Both the position numbers and the translations under genes were made by a program. Shown in pieces: positions 39,146 to 48,854 of a stretch of DNA of 64,000 bases (the first letter of the stretch is position 1; each line of letters begins with the position of its first letter). The DNA comes from Clostridia bacterium (lineage in GTDB: Bacteria > Bacillota > Clostridia > Christensenellales > Borkfalkiaceae). The stretch covers positions 6,853 through 70,852 of the forward strand of contig JAFSLQ010000042.1 in NCBI GenBank assembly GCA_017448355.1. The letters are read 5' to 3'. The notes under the pieces are model-generated. The model did not search any database, was not told the DNA's origin, and was given only the letters and a program-made list of their open reading frames with translations.

Positions 39146-40465
39146 ATGGGATTATTTTTCGGCACAGACGGGTTAAGGGGGAAGGTCAACGAAGATTTGA
39201 CCTTCGATATTGCGTATAAAATAGGTAATGCGCTTTCGATTTTAAAGGAAAATCCGACAATTCTTATCGGTTCGGATACAAGAGTTTCAAATACTTATTT
39301 AACGCTTGGGGTGGCAAGCGGAGCAATGAGCGGCGGCGCGAAAGTTATTGACGCGGGCATTGTTCCTACCGCGGGCGTTGCATTTTTGACCAGAGAGATT
39401 AAGGCGGATTACGGCGTTGTTATAAGTGCGTCGCATAATAGCGGAGAATACAACGGAATAAAGGTATTCAATTCCGACGGCTATAAACTCGGCGATAAAG
39501 AAGAAGAAAGGATTGAACGTTGTTTTATCCACGAAAAAACGAACGATTTTCCGAATATAGGTACATTTGAACAGGATTTTACTCTCATTAAACAATATAG
39601 GAATTTCTTGATAAATTCCAGCGAAAATAGTTTAGAAGGCAAAACCATAGTGCTTGACTGCGCTTTCGGTGCGGCACACAGAATCGCGCCGGAGGTTTTC
39701 AGAAAACTTGGGGCGAACGTTATTGCCGCAAATGCGGTATATGACGGGCTTAATATCAATAACGGTTGCGGCGCGCTTTATCCTGAAAACCTTGTCAGAA
39801 GAGTATACAGGTATAAAGCAGATATGGGCTTTGCGTTTGACGGAGACGCCGACAGGCTTATAGCCGTTGATGAAAACGGAAGGATAATCGACGGTGATAT
39901 GATTATTTACGGTATTGCAAAGTATTTAAAATCTAAAAATATGCTTAAAAACGATACGGTTGTCGGCACTAGCCACACGAATATGGCGATAGAAGATAAC
40001 TTGAAAAATAATGGCATTTCTATGATAAGGACGGACATCGGCGACAAATACGTGCTTGCGAAACTTCTTGAAAAAAATCTTTCGCTAGGCGGCGAACAAA
40101 GCGGGCATATAATTCTTAAAGATATAGCGACAACCGGCGACGGTATTTTATCCGCGATAATGGTCGCTAATATGGTTATAAACGAGAACCGTCCGTTATC
40201 TTCTATAATCGACGTAGTGCCTTACCCACAGACGAATAAAAACGTAATAGTTGGCGATAAATTCAGAATAATGAATAGCGAAGAACTTTCTAAAGAAATA
40301 GTCAAATACAACGGCGAACTCGAAGGAAAGGGCAGGCTGATGATACGTGCGTCCGGAACTGAACCGAAAATCAGAATAATGGTTGAAAGTAAGGATAAAA
40401 CGCTTAACGATTCTATTGCGAACTCTATGGTTTCATTGATTAAAAACATTAACGAAGAGGTGTAA
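39146..40465 (+). CDS. glmM: phosphoglucosamine mutase
   Basis: ISASHNSGEYNGIK phosphoserine loop, FDGDADR, GGEQSGH. Confidence 0.93.
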   Translation: MGLFFGTDGLRGKVNEDLTFDIAYKIGNALSILKENPTILIGSDTRVSNTYLTLGVASGAMSGGAKVIDAGIVPTAGVAFLTREIKADYGVVISASHNSGEYNGIKVFNSDGYKLGDKEEERIERCFIHEKTNDFPNIGTFEQDFTLIKQYRNFLINSSENSLEGKTIVLDCAFGAAHRIAPEVFRKLGANVIAANAVYDGLNINNGCGALYPENLVRRVYRYKADMGFAFDGDADRLIAVDENGRIIDGDMIIYGIAKYLKSKNMLKNDTVVGTSHTNMAIEDNLKNNGISMIRTDIGDKYVLAKLLEKNLSLGGEQSGHIILKDIATTGDGILSAIMVANMVINENRPLSSIIDVVPYPQTNKNVIVGDKFRIMNSEELSKEIVKYNGELEGKGRLMIRASGTEPKIRIMVESKDKTLNDSIANSMVSLIKNINEEV

Positions 40466-40467
40466 CG

Positions 40468-42252
40468 ATGTGTGGTATAGTGGGGTTTATCGGTAAAGCA
40501 CCCGAAAAAGTTTTATTAGAAGGTCTTAAACGTCTTGAATACAGGGGATACGACTCAGCGGGTATTGCTTTAAAATTTAGCGATAGGATGGATTTATTTA
40601 AAGCCAAAGGCGAAATAAAAAATCTGGAAAAGATTGTCCCTAATGAAACTACGGCACGTATCGGTATAGGTCATACGCGCTGGGCAACTCACGGTAAGCC
40701 CGACGAAACAAACGCGCACCCGCACGTTTCATCAGATAAAAAATGGGCTGTTGTGCATAACGGTATTATCGAAAATTATATTGAGTTAAAAACAAAACTC
40801 AATGATTTCGGATATGATTTTTATAGTGAAACGGATACTGAAACTATTGCAAAACTTATTGAATACTTTTATAAAGACGATTGTAACGTCATATCCGTAC
40901 TGAACAAAACCATTTCGTCTTTAAAAGGCAGTTATGCACTCGGGATTATAAATAAAGAACAAGACGGAATTTATTTTGCAAAAAACAAAAGTCCGCTATA
41001 TGTTGCTAAATGCGGAAACGAAGTGATGCTTGCAAGCGATATAATTTGCTTTAAGGGGTTTGCCGAAGAGTATTATCCGATATCCGACGGGGTGTTCGGT
41101 TATGCGACGGAAAACGGTATAGAGTTTTATGATAATTTAAGCAAAATCGACGTTGCGCCTATTCCGTTAAACCTTGGCGATTATAGCAATCTTAATACTT
41201 ACAAGCATTTTATGCTTAAAGAAATATTTGAAACGAAAACTGCGATAAAAAATATAATCGAGTATTATTCTGAAAAAAATAACATTAATAAGTTTGATGG
41301 CAGAGATATATCGAAAATAAACCGTGTTAAATTTATCGGTTGCGGCACGGCATATCACGCTTGCCTTTTGGGTGCGGATATGCTAAGAAAGAAAGCGGGA
41401 TTAGACGCAGAGGCTTACGTTGCAAGCGAATTCAGATATCAGGACGTTTGTGTGGACGACAAAACTATGGTCGTACTTGTAAGCCAGAGCGGGGAAACCG
41501 CCGATACTTTGGCGGCGTTTGAACTTGCGAAAGAAAACGGCGCTTTTACGGTGGCAATCGTTAACGTTGAATACAGTACTCTTGCAAAAAATGCGGACAT
41601 ATATTTCCCGATTAAAGCAGGTGTCGAAATTGCGGTTGCTTCAACAAAGGCGTTTAGCGCACAACTTTCGGTACTCAATATTTTTGCGGGGCTGGTTGGA
41701 GAGAGGTTAGGCAAAAATTCAGACCCGCTTTACGATGTGAGAAAATTATTCGAGTGTTTCGATTACGGAAACATCAATGACTTTAAACTTTTGGCGGACG
41801 TGTTGCGTTATAACGACAGTTTATTTATGATAGGACGTGGCGATGATTATTATATCGCTCAGGAGGCTAGTCTTAAAATAAAAGAAACGTCTTATATCAA
41901 CTCCAACACCTATTATGCGGGCGAATTAAAGCACGGATTTTTGGCTTTAATAGACGACGCTACTTACGTTATTGTTTTCGCGACGGATAAAAACGTATTT
42001 ACCAAAACCGTATGTAACGCCGAAGAGGCAAAAGCGCGCGGCGCTAAAATAATTCTCTTTACCTGTTTTGATTTAAGCGAAGCGGACGCCGAAAATTTCT
42101 ATTATATCATAAAGGTTAAAGAACTCGGAAATTCCCTTCAATCGGTCTTGAATATCGTGCCTTGGCAGATTATAGCGTATTATACCTCCATAAATAAGGG
42201 GATAAATCCGGATAAACCCAGAAATCTTGCAAAAAGCGTTACCGTGGAATAA
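40468..42252 (+). CDS. glmS: glutamine--fructose-6-phosphate aminotransferase
   Basis: MCGIVG Ntn start, two SIS domains, C-terminal ...AKSVTVE. Confidence 0.95.
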   Translation: MCGIVGFIGKAPEKVLLEGLKRLEYRGYDSAGIALKFSDRMDLFKAKGEIKNLEKIVPNETTARIGIGHTRWATHGKPDETNAHPHVSSDKKWAVVHNGIIENYIELKTKLNDFGYDFYSETDTETIAKLIEYFYKDDCNVISVLNKTISSLKGSYALGIINKEQDGIYFAKNKSPLYVAKCGNEVMLASDIICFKGFAEEYYPISDGVFGYATENGIEFYDNLSKIDVAPIPLNLGDYSNLNTYKHFMLKEIFETKTAIKNIIEYYSEKNNINKFDGRDISKINRVKFIGCGTAYHACLLGADMLRKKAGLDAEAYVASEFRYQDVCVDDKTMVVLVSQSGETADTLAAFELAKENGAFTVAIVNVEYSTLAKNADIYFPIKAGVEIAVASTKAFSAQLSVLNIFAGLVGERLGKNSDPLYDVRKLFECFDYGNINDFKLLADVLRYNDSLFMIGRGDDYYIAQEASLKIKETSYINSNTYYAGELKHGFLALIDDATYVIVFATDKNVFTKTVCNAEEAKARGAKIILFTCFDLSEADAENFYYIIKVKELGNSLQSVLNIVPWQIIAYYTSINKGINPDKPRNLAKSVTVE

Positions 42253-42267
42253 TTAATTTGCTTATTT

Positions 42268-42315
42268 AAACGCGATTAAAAACAGCAAACAATCTGTTTT
42301 TAATCGCGTTTTTTC
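42268..42315 (+). terminator. intrinsic terminator after glmS
   Basis: 18-bp arms AAACGCGATTAAAAACAG / CTGTTTTTAATCGCGTTT followed by a T run. Confidence 0.8.
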
Positions 42316-42396
42316 GTGTAAAAACGAGTGTAAAAATCTTAATTGATTTTACAAATGCGCTTTTATGTGTTATACTTATAAACAAAGGAGATTATT

Positions 42397-42864
42397 ATGA
42401 AATACAAAAAGAACTTGTTTTTAGGTGTTTCGGTAATAACGATATTGACGCTGTCGCTTGTATTTGCCTTGCTCGACGCGCTTATTCCGCTGAAAATCTG
42501 GATACATCCTGCACTTAATTTCTTATTTGCGCTTTGTATAGGGTTCGGCATAATGACGCTGGTTTTGGCGTTTGCAAAAAAATCGCCTTGGTTTTTCTTT
42601 TTAAGCGCCACTTTATTAGGACTTGCATTTTTTTACGTGCTGATGCAATATATTGCTTGGTGGATAGTGCTTATTATTCTCGTTGTGGTTTTAGCGATTT
42701 TTGCAGTCGTAAGTATTATTATCGCCGGCAACCAAACGGAAAATATTGCGCTAAATAAATCTTCCGATTATAAAAATTACGAACAGAGAAAAGCGGAAGA
42801 ACAGAAAAAAGTAAACGCGGAAGACGAAAAACCACTCCCCGAACTTAAATCTTTTAAGGAATAA
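42397..42864 (+). CDS. hypothetical membrane protein with charged C-terminal tail
   Basis: AAAGGAG RBS. Four hydrophobic helices followed by a KE-rich tail. Confidence 0.55.
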   Translation: MKYKKNLFLGVSVITILTLSLVFALLDALIPLKIWIHPALNFLFALCIGFGIMTLVLAFAKKSPWFFFLSATLLGLAFFYVLMQYIAWWIVLIILVVVLAIFAVVSIIIAGNQTENIALNKSSDYKNYEQRKAEEQKKVNAEDEKPLPELKSFKE

Positions 42865-42887
42865 TCATAATTTTTAAGGATATAGAA

Positions 42888-44342
42888 ATGGAAACCAGAA
42901 ATTTAACGCTTCTTACCGACCTTTATCAACTTACAATGATGAACGGCTATCTTAAAGAGAATCGCAGGGAAGAAATTGCCGTTTTCGACGTGTTTTTCAG
43001 ACAAAACGGTATGATAACATATTCGGTTGCTTGCGGGTTGGAGCAAACGGTAGACTATATATTAAACCTTAAATTCGGTGAAGAAGAAATCGCTTATTTA
43101 GAAAGCCTTGGAATATTCAGCAAGGAATTTTTGGCATATTTGAAAAATTTCAAATTTACAGGCGACGTGTACGCGGTTAAAGAAGGTACTGTGGTCTTTC
43201 CGGGCGAACCTATTTTGACGGTTAAAGCGCCTATTATGCAGGCGCAACTTATTGAAACAGCCATATTAAACAACATAAATTTTCAGACTTTAATTGCGAC
43301 AAAATCGGCTAAAATCCGATACGCGGCGAAAGACGATATAGTTATGGAGTTCGGGCTTCGCCGCGCTCAAGCGCCTGACGCGGGCATATACGGCGCGCGG
43401 GCGGCGGTTATAGGCGGATGCAATTCTACGTCCAATGTTTTAGCGGGAAAAATGTTCGATATTCCTGTTTCGGGTACGCACGCACACAGTTGGGTAATGA
43501 ATTTTAAGGACGAATATACGGCGTTCCGCGCTTATGCGGACGTTTATCCCGATAACGCGCTTCTTTTGGTTGACACTTATGATACCTTAAAACAGGGCGT
43601 TCCGAACGCTATTAAAGTATTTAAAGAACTGAAAGCGGAAGGTTATAAGCCGAAGGGTATAAGGCTTGATTCCGGCGACCTTGCATATTTATCTAAAAAA
43701 GCGCGTAAAATGCTTGATGACGCGGGATTTCCTGATACGATAATCTGCGCTTCCGGGGATTTGGACGAAAATTCCATAAATTCGCTTAAAAATCAAGGTG
43801 CGGAGATAAATTCCTGGGGGGTTGGCACAAAACTTATTACGAGCGCCGATATGCCGGCGCTTGGCGGCGTTTATAAACTTGCGGCTGTATATGACGACGA
43901 CGGAAAAATGTTGCCTAAAATCAAAGTGTCAGAAAACGTTGAAAAAATTACTAATCCGGGTTTTAAGAACATATATAGAGTTTATGATAAAGAAACGGGA
44001 AAGGCGGAAGCAGACTTTATTTATTTGCGAGACGAAGAGCCGTATGACACGAGTAAGCCGCTCGTGTTAACCCATCCGACCGAAAGATGGAAAAAAATTA
44101 CCTTTGAAAATTATGAGTTAAGACCTTTACAGGTTGACGTGATTAAAGGCGGTAAACTTGTCTATAAACTGCCTACGTTAAAGGAGATAAAGGCTTATAC
44201 CGAACAAGAACTTAACAGTTTTTGGGACGAATATAAACGTCTTGACAGACCGCACATATATAAAGTCGATTTATCCGACAGCCTTTATGAGTTAAAGCAG
44301 CAAATGCTTGACGAAATTCGCGGTCAAGACGTCAAAGAATAG
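42888..44342 (+). CDS. pncB: nicotinate phosphoribosyltransferase
   Basis: LLTDLYQLTM start, EFGLRRAQ, SGTHAHSWV. 484 aa. Confidence 0.9.
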   Translation: METRNLTLLTDLYQLTMMNGYLKENRREEIAVFDVFFRQNGMITYSVACGLEQTVDYILNLKFGEEEIAYLESLGIFSKEFLAYLKNFKFTGDVYAVKEGTVVFPGEPILTVKAPIMQAQLIETAILNNINFQTLIATKSAKIRYAAKDDIVMEFGLRRAQAPDAGIYGARAAVIGGCNSTSNVLAGKMFDIPVSGTHAHSWVMNFKDEYTAFRAYADVYPDNALLLVDTYDTLKQGVPNAIKVFKELKAEGYKPKGIRLDSGDLAYLSKKARKMLDDAGFPDTIICASGDLDENSINSLKNQGAEINSWGVGTKLITSADMPALGGVYKLAAVYDDDGKMLPKIKVSENVEKITNPGFKNIYRVYDKETGKAEADFIYLRDEEPYDTSKPLVLTHPTERWKKITFENYELRPLQVDVIKGGKLVYKLPTLKEIKAYTEQELNSFWDEYKRLDRPHIYKVDLSDSLYELKQQMLDEIRGQDVKE

Positions 44343-44352
44343 GGGTGAACGG

Positions 44353-44949
44353 TTGGAGTTTGTAAAGAGAAAGTACGCGAGAAAAGAAGTTGAAAAGATT
44401 GTAGGGGATATTTCGCGTGAGTACGAAGTAAAACTTTCGGAACAAAAGGCAAGGATTGCGGAACTCGTTCGCGATAATTCCGCTTGCCGTGCAGAACTTG
44501 ACGATTACATAAATAAGGACAAACAAATTTCCGAAGCGCTAAAAAAGGCTGAGGAATATTCTGCGGATTTAAAGCAAAAATCCGATATTCAGTACTCTTT
44601 GGCTGTCGAAAAAATAGCGGCTTTTTTAATAAAGTGGCAGGCATACTTCGAGCATTTAAAAGAAAAATATCCGATGTATCCTATAGTGCAGGAAGCGGTT
44701 AATATAAAGGACAAAATAAGCGAAATTATAGGCAAAAACGATGACTCTACGGTCATTTACCTTGCCGATAAAGAAATTTCGGGGATTAAAAACGCTAATG
44801 TCGCTTTTAATCCCAAAGAAAAAATTGCGGATTATATCGCCGCGACAAGCGATAACGGATTCAATATGGACGAAGTATTAAATCCGGGAGCGCTCCACTT
44901 GGAGGATTTATGCAAGGAACTCGGACTTTTAACGGAAAACGACTTGTAA
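44353..44949 (+). CDS. DivIVA-domain protein
   Basis: F-x5-Y-x3-EV-x2-IV N-terminal DivIVA-like motif followed by a coiled coil. Lies upstream of lspA-rluD as in Firmicutes. Start is uncertain: TTG 44353 after GGGGTGA, or ATG 44308. Confidence 0.6.
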   Translation: MEFVKRKYARKEVEKIVGDISREYEVKLSEQKARIAELVRDNSACRAELDDYINKDKQISEALKKAEEYSADLKQKSDIQYSLAVEKIAAFLIKWQAYFEHLKEKYPMYPIVQEAVNIKDKISEIIGKNDDSTVIYLADKEISGIKNANVAFNPKEKIADYIAATSDNGFNMDEVLNPGALHLEDLCKELGLLTENDL

Positions 44950-45455
44950 TTTTTATCATTATTCCCGTTATTTTGCTTGCGGCGCTTATAGGGTTTGACC
45001 AAATAACCAAATATTTAATAGCAAAAGATGAGGCGCATTTTACTGTCATAGACAATTTTTTCTATATCTCTTACTCTACTAATAAAGGCGCGGGATTTAG
45101 TTTTTTAGCCGATAAAGAGTGGGGGCAACTGTTATTTAAAATAATTACGCCCGTCGCTTTAATTGCGTTTACTCTCTTTTATGTGTTTGCCGTAAAAAAG
45201 TCTTATAAATTACTGACGTACTCCGTTATCGGTATAATTTCGGGTACGATAGGTAATTATATAGATAGGATGATAAACGGCGAAGTTGTGGATTTTTTGA
45301 GTTTTAAGTTCGGCAGTTATTTTTTTCCGACTTTCAACGTGGCGGACATCTGCCTGACGGTCGGCGTTATTATGATAATCGTGCATTTTCTCTTTTTAGA
45401 CGAAAGCGCGATTTTCAGAAAAAAATCTAAACCTAATAAAGATGAAAACTCTTAA
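44910..45455 (+). CDS. lspA: lipoprotein signal peptidase II
   Basis: NKGAGFSF and FNVADI motifs, with four TM helices. Confidence 0.88.
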   Translation: MQGTRTFNGKRLVIFIIIPVILLAALIGFDQITKYLIAKDEAHFTVIDNFFYISYSTNKGAGFSFLADKEWGQLLFKIITPVALIAFTLFYVFAVKKSYKLLTYSVIGIISGTIGNYIDRMINGEVVDFLSFKFGSYFFPTFNVADICLTVGVIMIIVHFLFLDESAIFRKKSKPNKDENS

Positions 45456-46344
45456 CTTTACCGTTGACGCGGATAAAATCCGCGCGGACGTATTTTTAGC
45501 GGGAAAAAGCGGACTTTCGCGGTCGAGAATAAAACGGCTTTTGGACGACGAGTGCTGTAAAATAGACGGAAAGGCGATAAAAGGCAATAAGACCCTAAAA
45601 CTCGGCGAAAATGTTGAACTTTCTGTTCCCGAAGAAAAAAATCTTGACGCTACGCCTGAGAATATCCCCATCGACATTATTTATCAGGACGATGATTTGG
45701 CGGTTATAAATAAGCCGCAGGGGATGACTGTTCACGCGGGTAACGGAACGAGCGGAGGCACGCTTGTAAACGCCCTTTTGTTTCACTTAGATTCATTATC
45801 AGGTATAAACGGTGTTATAAGACCCGGAATAGTACATAGAATCGACAAAAATACTTCGGGGCTACTTGTTGTCGCTAAAAACGACAAGGCACACGTTGCG
45901 CTTTCCAAACAACTTGAAGACAAGACGTGTAGAAGGATTTACGTTGCGCTTTTAGAAGGTAACTTAAAGCAAGACGAAGGCGAAATAGAAACCTTTATCG
46001 GGCGAGACAGTGCCAACAGAACCAAAATGGCTGTTGTTAAAAGCGGGAGGAAAGCGATAACCGACTTTAAAGTGTTAAAACGTTTTAACTGTTATACTTT
46101 ATGCGAGTTCTCTCTTAAAACGGGCAGAACGCACCAGATAAGGGTTCATGCAAAACATATGGGACACCCGATTGTTGGCGACCCCGAATACGGCTATAAG
46201 AACTGTAAATTCAATTTAAACGGGCAATTATTGCACGCAAGAACCTTGGAATTTATACACCCGTCCACGGGTGAAAAAATGACTTTTAACGCACCGCTTC
46301 CCGACTACTTTGAAAAAGTGCTTAAAGCGGTGGGAAATAAATAA
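45442..46344 (+). CDS. rluD: 23S rRNA pseudouridine synthase, RluD/RluA family
   Basis: S4 domain N-terminus, HRIDKNTSGLLVVAK catalytic Asp motif, RTHQIRVH. Confidence 0.88.
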   Translation: MKTLNFTVDADKIRADVFLAGKSGLSRSRIKRLLDDECCKIDGKAIKGNKTLKLGENVELSVPEEKNLDATPENIPIDIIYQDDDLAVINKPQGMTVHAGNGTSGGTLVNALLFHLDSLSGINGVIRPGIVHRIDKNTSGLLVVAKNDKAHVALSKQLEDKTCRRIYVALLEGNLKQDEGEIETFIGRDSANRTKMAVVKSGRKAITDFKVLKRFNCYTLCEFSLKTGRTHQIRVHAKHMGHPIVGDPEYGYKNCKFNLNGQLLHARTLEFIHPSTGEKMTFNAPLPDYFEKVLKAVGNK

Positions 46345-46355
46345 CAGGAGTAATT

Positions 46356-46646
46356 ATGAAAAACAACGAAAAAAATTTAAACATTTTAAATCTTATGGCG
46401 TTTATAGGCGTAATAATAGTGGCGTTGCTTGAAGTTTTTACATTTTTTTCAAGTCATAATATTTTAACGCTTGGCGACGCGCTTACTAATTTTCTAAATA
46501 CCGTAAAAAATATTTGTATACTGCTTGTAATCGGGATTTCGGCTTATAATTTTGTAAAAAACAAGGGTAAAGGCTGGATTATCACTTATATCGTAGCAAT
46601 CAGTATCATAGTTTTAACCACGGTATTTATGTGGATTAAATTTTAA
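46356..46646 (+). CDS. small hypothetical membrane protein (96 aa)
   Basis: CAGGAG RBS and three hydrophobic helices. Confidence 0.5.
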   Translation: MKNNEKNLNILNLMAFIGVIIVALLEVFTFFSSHNILTLGDALTNFLNTVKNICILLVIGISAYNFVKNKGKGWIITYIVAISIIVLTTVFMWIKF

Positions 46647-46671
46647 GAAAGGTTAAATAAGGTTAGAACAC

Positions 46672-47988
46672 GTGGCAAAACCGTTAGTGGCAATAGTCGG
46701 CAGACCTAATGTCGGCAAATCGACTTTTTTTAATAAAGTTGTAGGCAAAAAACTGTCTATTGTTGAAGACTTTCCGGGCGTTACTCGCGACCGCTTATAT
46801 GCGGACGCTGAGTGGTGCGGGAAGTCCTTTACGCTTGTCGATACGGGCGGATTAGAACTAAAATCGACGGATGAAATGTGGGTACATATTCAAAAACAAG
46901 CCCAAATCGCAATAGATACCGCCGACGTTATAATTTTATTTACAGACGCAAAGGCAGGCTTGACGTCAGCCGATCAAGACGTGGCGTTAAGACTTCGAAA
47001 GTCCGGTAAACCCGTAGTGCTTGCGGTTAATAAACTTGATAATTATTCGCCGGACAAACTTTTCGAGTTTTATAATTTAGGTCTTGGAGAGCCGTTCGGT
47101 ATTTCCGCGGAACACGGCACGGGAATAGGTGACCTGTTGGACGAAATTACGGGTAAATTCGAAGGGCTAAACGTGGAAGAAAATGCAGACGCGATAAAGA
47201 TTGCTATTGTCGGAAAGCCTAATGCAGGAAAATCGAGTTTATGTAATAAATTACTGGGTTTTGATAGGACGATTGTGTCAGACATAGCGGGTACGACACG
47301 TGATGCTATCGATACCGATTTTAAGTTTAACGGCGATACGTATACAATTATAGATACAGCCGGTATCAGAAAGAAAAGCAGCGTTAACGAAGACTTGGAA
47401 TATTACAGCGTATTAAGGGCGCTTGGCGCAATCAGACGTGCCGACGTGTGTGTTATGGTGATAGATGCTGAAAGCGGTATAACCGAACAGGACGTTAAAA
47501 TTTGCGGATATATTCACGAACAAAATAAGCCGTCAGTTATTGTGATGAATAAGTGGGACGTTATCGAAAAGGATACTAACACTATTAATAAATTTAACGC
47601 GGAATTATCCGAAGCGCTTAAATTTATGGATTATTTTGTTCCCGTTTACATTTCAGCCAAAACGGGTCAAAGAACCGATAAGGTTTTGACGTTGTGTAAA
47701 AAATCACTTGAAAATTCGCGTAAACGTATCTCAACGGGCGTGCTTAACGATTTGGTTTTAGACTGCGTCAGGGCAAACGAACCGCCTTCTATGAACGGTA
47801 AACGTCTTAAAATAACGTACGCTACGCAAGCCGATACCGTGCCGCCGACGTTTATTATTTTTGTCAATGAAGAAAAACTATTACATTTTTCATATAAACG
47901 GTATCTGGAAAACTGTATCAGAAAGGCTTACGATTTTTCAGGTACGCCCATTAAAATCATAACGAGGGAAAAACGAGATGATATATAG
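46672..47988 (+). CDS. der: ribosome-biogenesis GTPase Der (EngA)
   Basis: Tandem G domains (GRPNVGKST, GKPNAGKSS) plus a KH-like C-terminus. GTG start. Confidence 0.93.
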   Translation: MAKPLVAIVGRPNVGKSTFFNKVVGKKLSIVEDFPGVTRDRLYADAEWCGKSFTLVDTGGLELKSTDEMWVHIQKQAQIAIDTADVIILFTDAKAGLTSADQDVALRLRKSGKPVVLAVNKLDNYSPDKLFEFYNLGLGEPFGISAEHGTGIGDLLDEITGKFEGLNVEENADAIKIAIVGKPNAGKSSLCNKLLGFDRTIVSDIAGTTRDAIDTDFKFNGDTYTIIDTAGIRKKSSVNEDLEYYSVLRALGAIRRADVCVMVIDAESGITEQDVKICGYIHEQNKPSVIVMNKWDVIEKDTNTINKFNAELSEALKFMDYFVPVYISAKTGQRTDKVLTLCKKSLENSRKRISTGVLNDLVLDCVRANEPPSMNGKRLKITYATQADTVPPTFIIFVNEEKLLHFSYKRYLENCIRKAYDFSGTPIKIITREKRDDI

Positions 47989-48757
47989 TTTATGGCTATC
48001 GCTTATAGGCGTTTTTAGTTATCTTTTCGGTAGCATTAACTGGGCTATGTTCATTTCTAAACTGAAAAGACTTGATATCCGAAAAGTCGGTAGCGGCAAT
48101 CCGGGAACGCTTAATATGAGCAGGAATCTAGGGTTTAAATTCGGACTTTTAACCTTTTTTCTTGACTTAACGAAAGGCGCTTTACCGACTTTGATATCGT
48201 TTTTTGTTTTCGGCGAAGAAAAATTTGCATATTCCGAATTTTATATACGCGACTTTGCCATTTATCTAAGCGGGCTTTGTGTGGTTTTGGGGCATATTTA
48301 TCCCATTTACTTTAAATTTAAAGGCGGAAAAGGTATTGCGTCGACAATCGGCGTGTTTATGGTGTGTGAGTCGGTTCACGGCATAGGCTGGGCTATGGTT
48401 GCTATAATGGCACTTGTTGCCGCCGCAGTCTTTATTTATATTACCGAATTCGGCGCTATGGGGTCGTTTATAGCGATAACCCCGCCGGCGATTAGCGGTT
48501 GTATTCGTTTATTCTTGGATTACGGCAGAAGGGGTACGGGAAGTTTTAACGCCGGTACGCTTGCTTTTCATATAGTTAGTAATATGCTTATTTTTGCTAT
48601 ATGTTTTTTCACTTGGTTTGCGCACAGAAAGAACATAGAACGTATGCTTGCCGGCGACGAACATCCGACGTCTTTCAAAAAAATGCTTGTCAAAGCGAAA
48701 GCCAAAAAGATGCAAGAGCGTAAGGATAACGAATCTTCAAGTAAAGACAAATCATAA
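47978..48757 (+). CDS. plsY: glycerol-3-phosphate acyltransferase PlsY
   Basis: GSGNPGTLN and KGGKGIA motifs. Somewhat longer than usual (259 aa), with a Lys-rich tail. Confidence 0.85.
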   Translation: MIYSLWLSLIGVFSYLFGSINWAMFISKLKRLDIRKVGSGNPGTLNMSRNLGFKFGLLTFFLDLTKGALPTLISFFVFGEEKFAYSEFYIRDFAIYLSGLCVVLGHIYPIYFKFKGGKGIASTIGVFMVCESVHGIGWAMVAIMALVAAAVFIYITEFGAMGSFIAITPPAISGCIRLFLDYGRRGTGSFNAGTLAFHIVSNMLIFAICFFTWFAHRKNIERMLAGDEHPTSFKKMLVKAKAKKMQERKDNESSSKDKS

Positions 48758-48797
48758 TTAATACAGTTACTTCTTGTCCTAAAATTATCAATTTTTT

Positions 48798-48826
48798 TCA
48801 TATACGATTAACACCTTTCATATATT
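48798..48826 (+). promoter_or_regulatory. sigma-E-type sporulation promoter candidate: TCATATA-14-CATATATT
   Basis: Matches the Bacillus sigma-E consensus (K-M-ATATT, 14 nt, CATACA-H-T) at most positions. Lies about 30 nt upstream of spoIVA. Confidence 0.5.
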
Positions 48827-48854
48827 ACTTTTGTAGCATATGGGAGGTTTTTTT

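Noticed and set aside
47978-48757. PlsY is about 50 aa longer than usual, considered as a possible fusion
   Set aside because: The extra length is a hydrophobic insertion plus a short Lys-rich tail after the canonical HRKNIERML end motif. No additional domain is evident.
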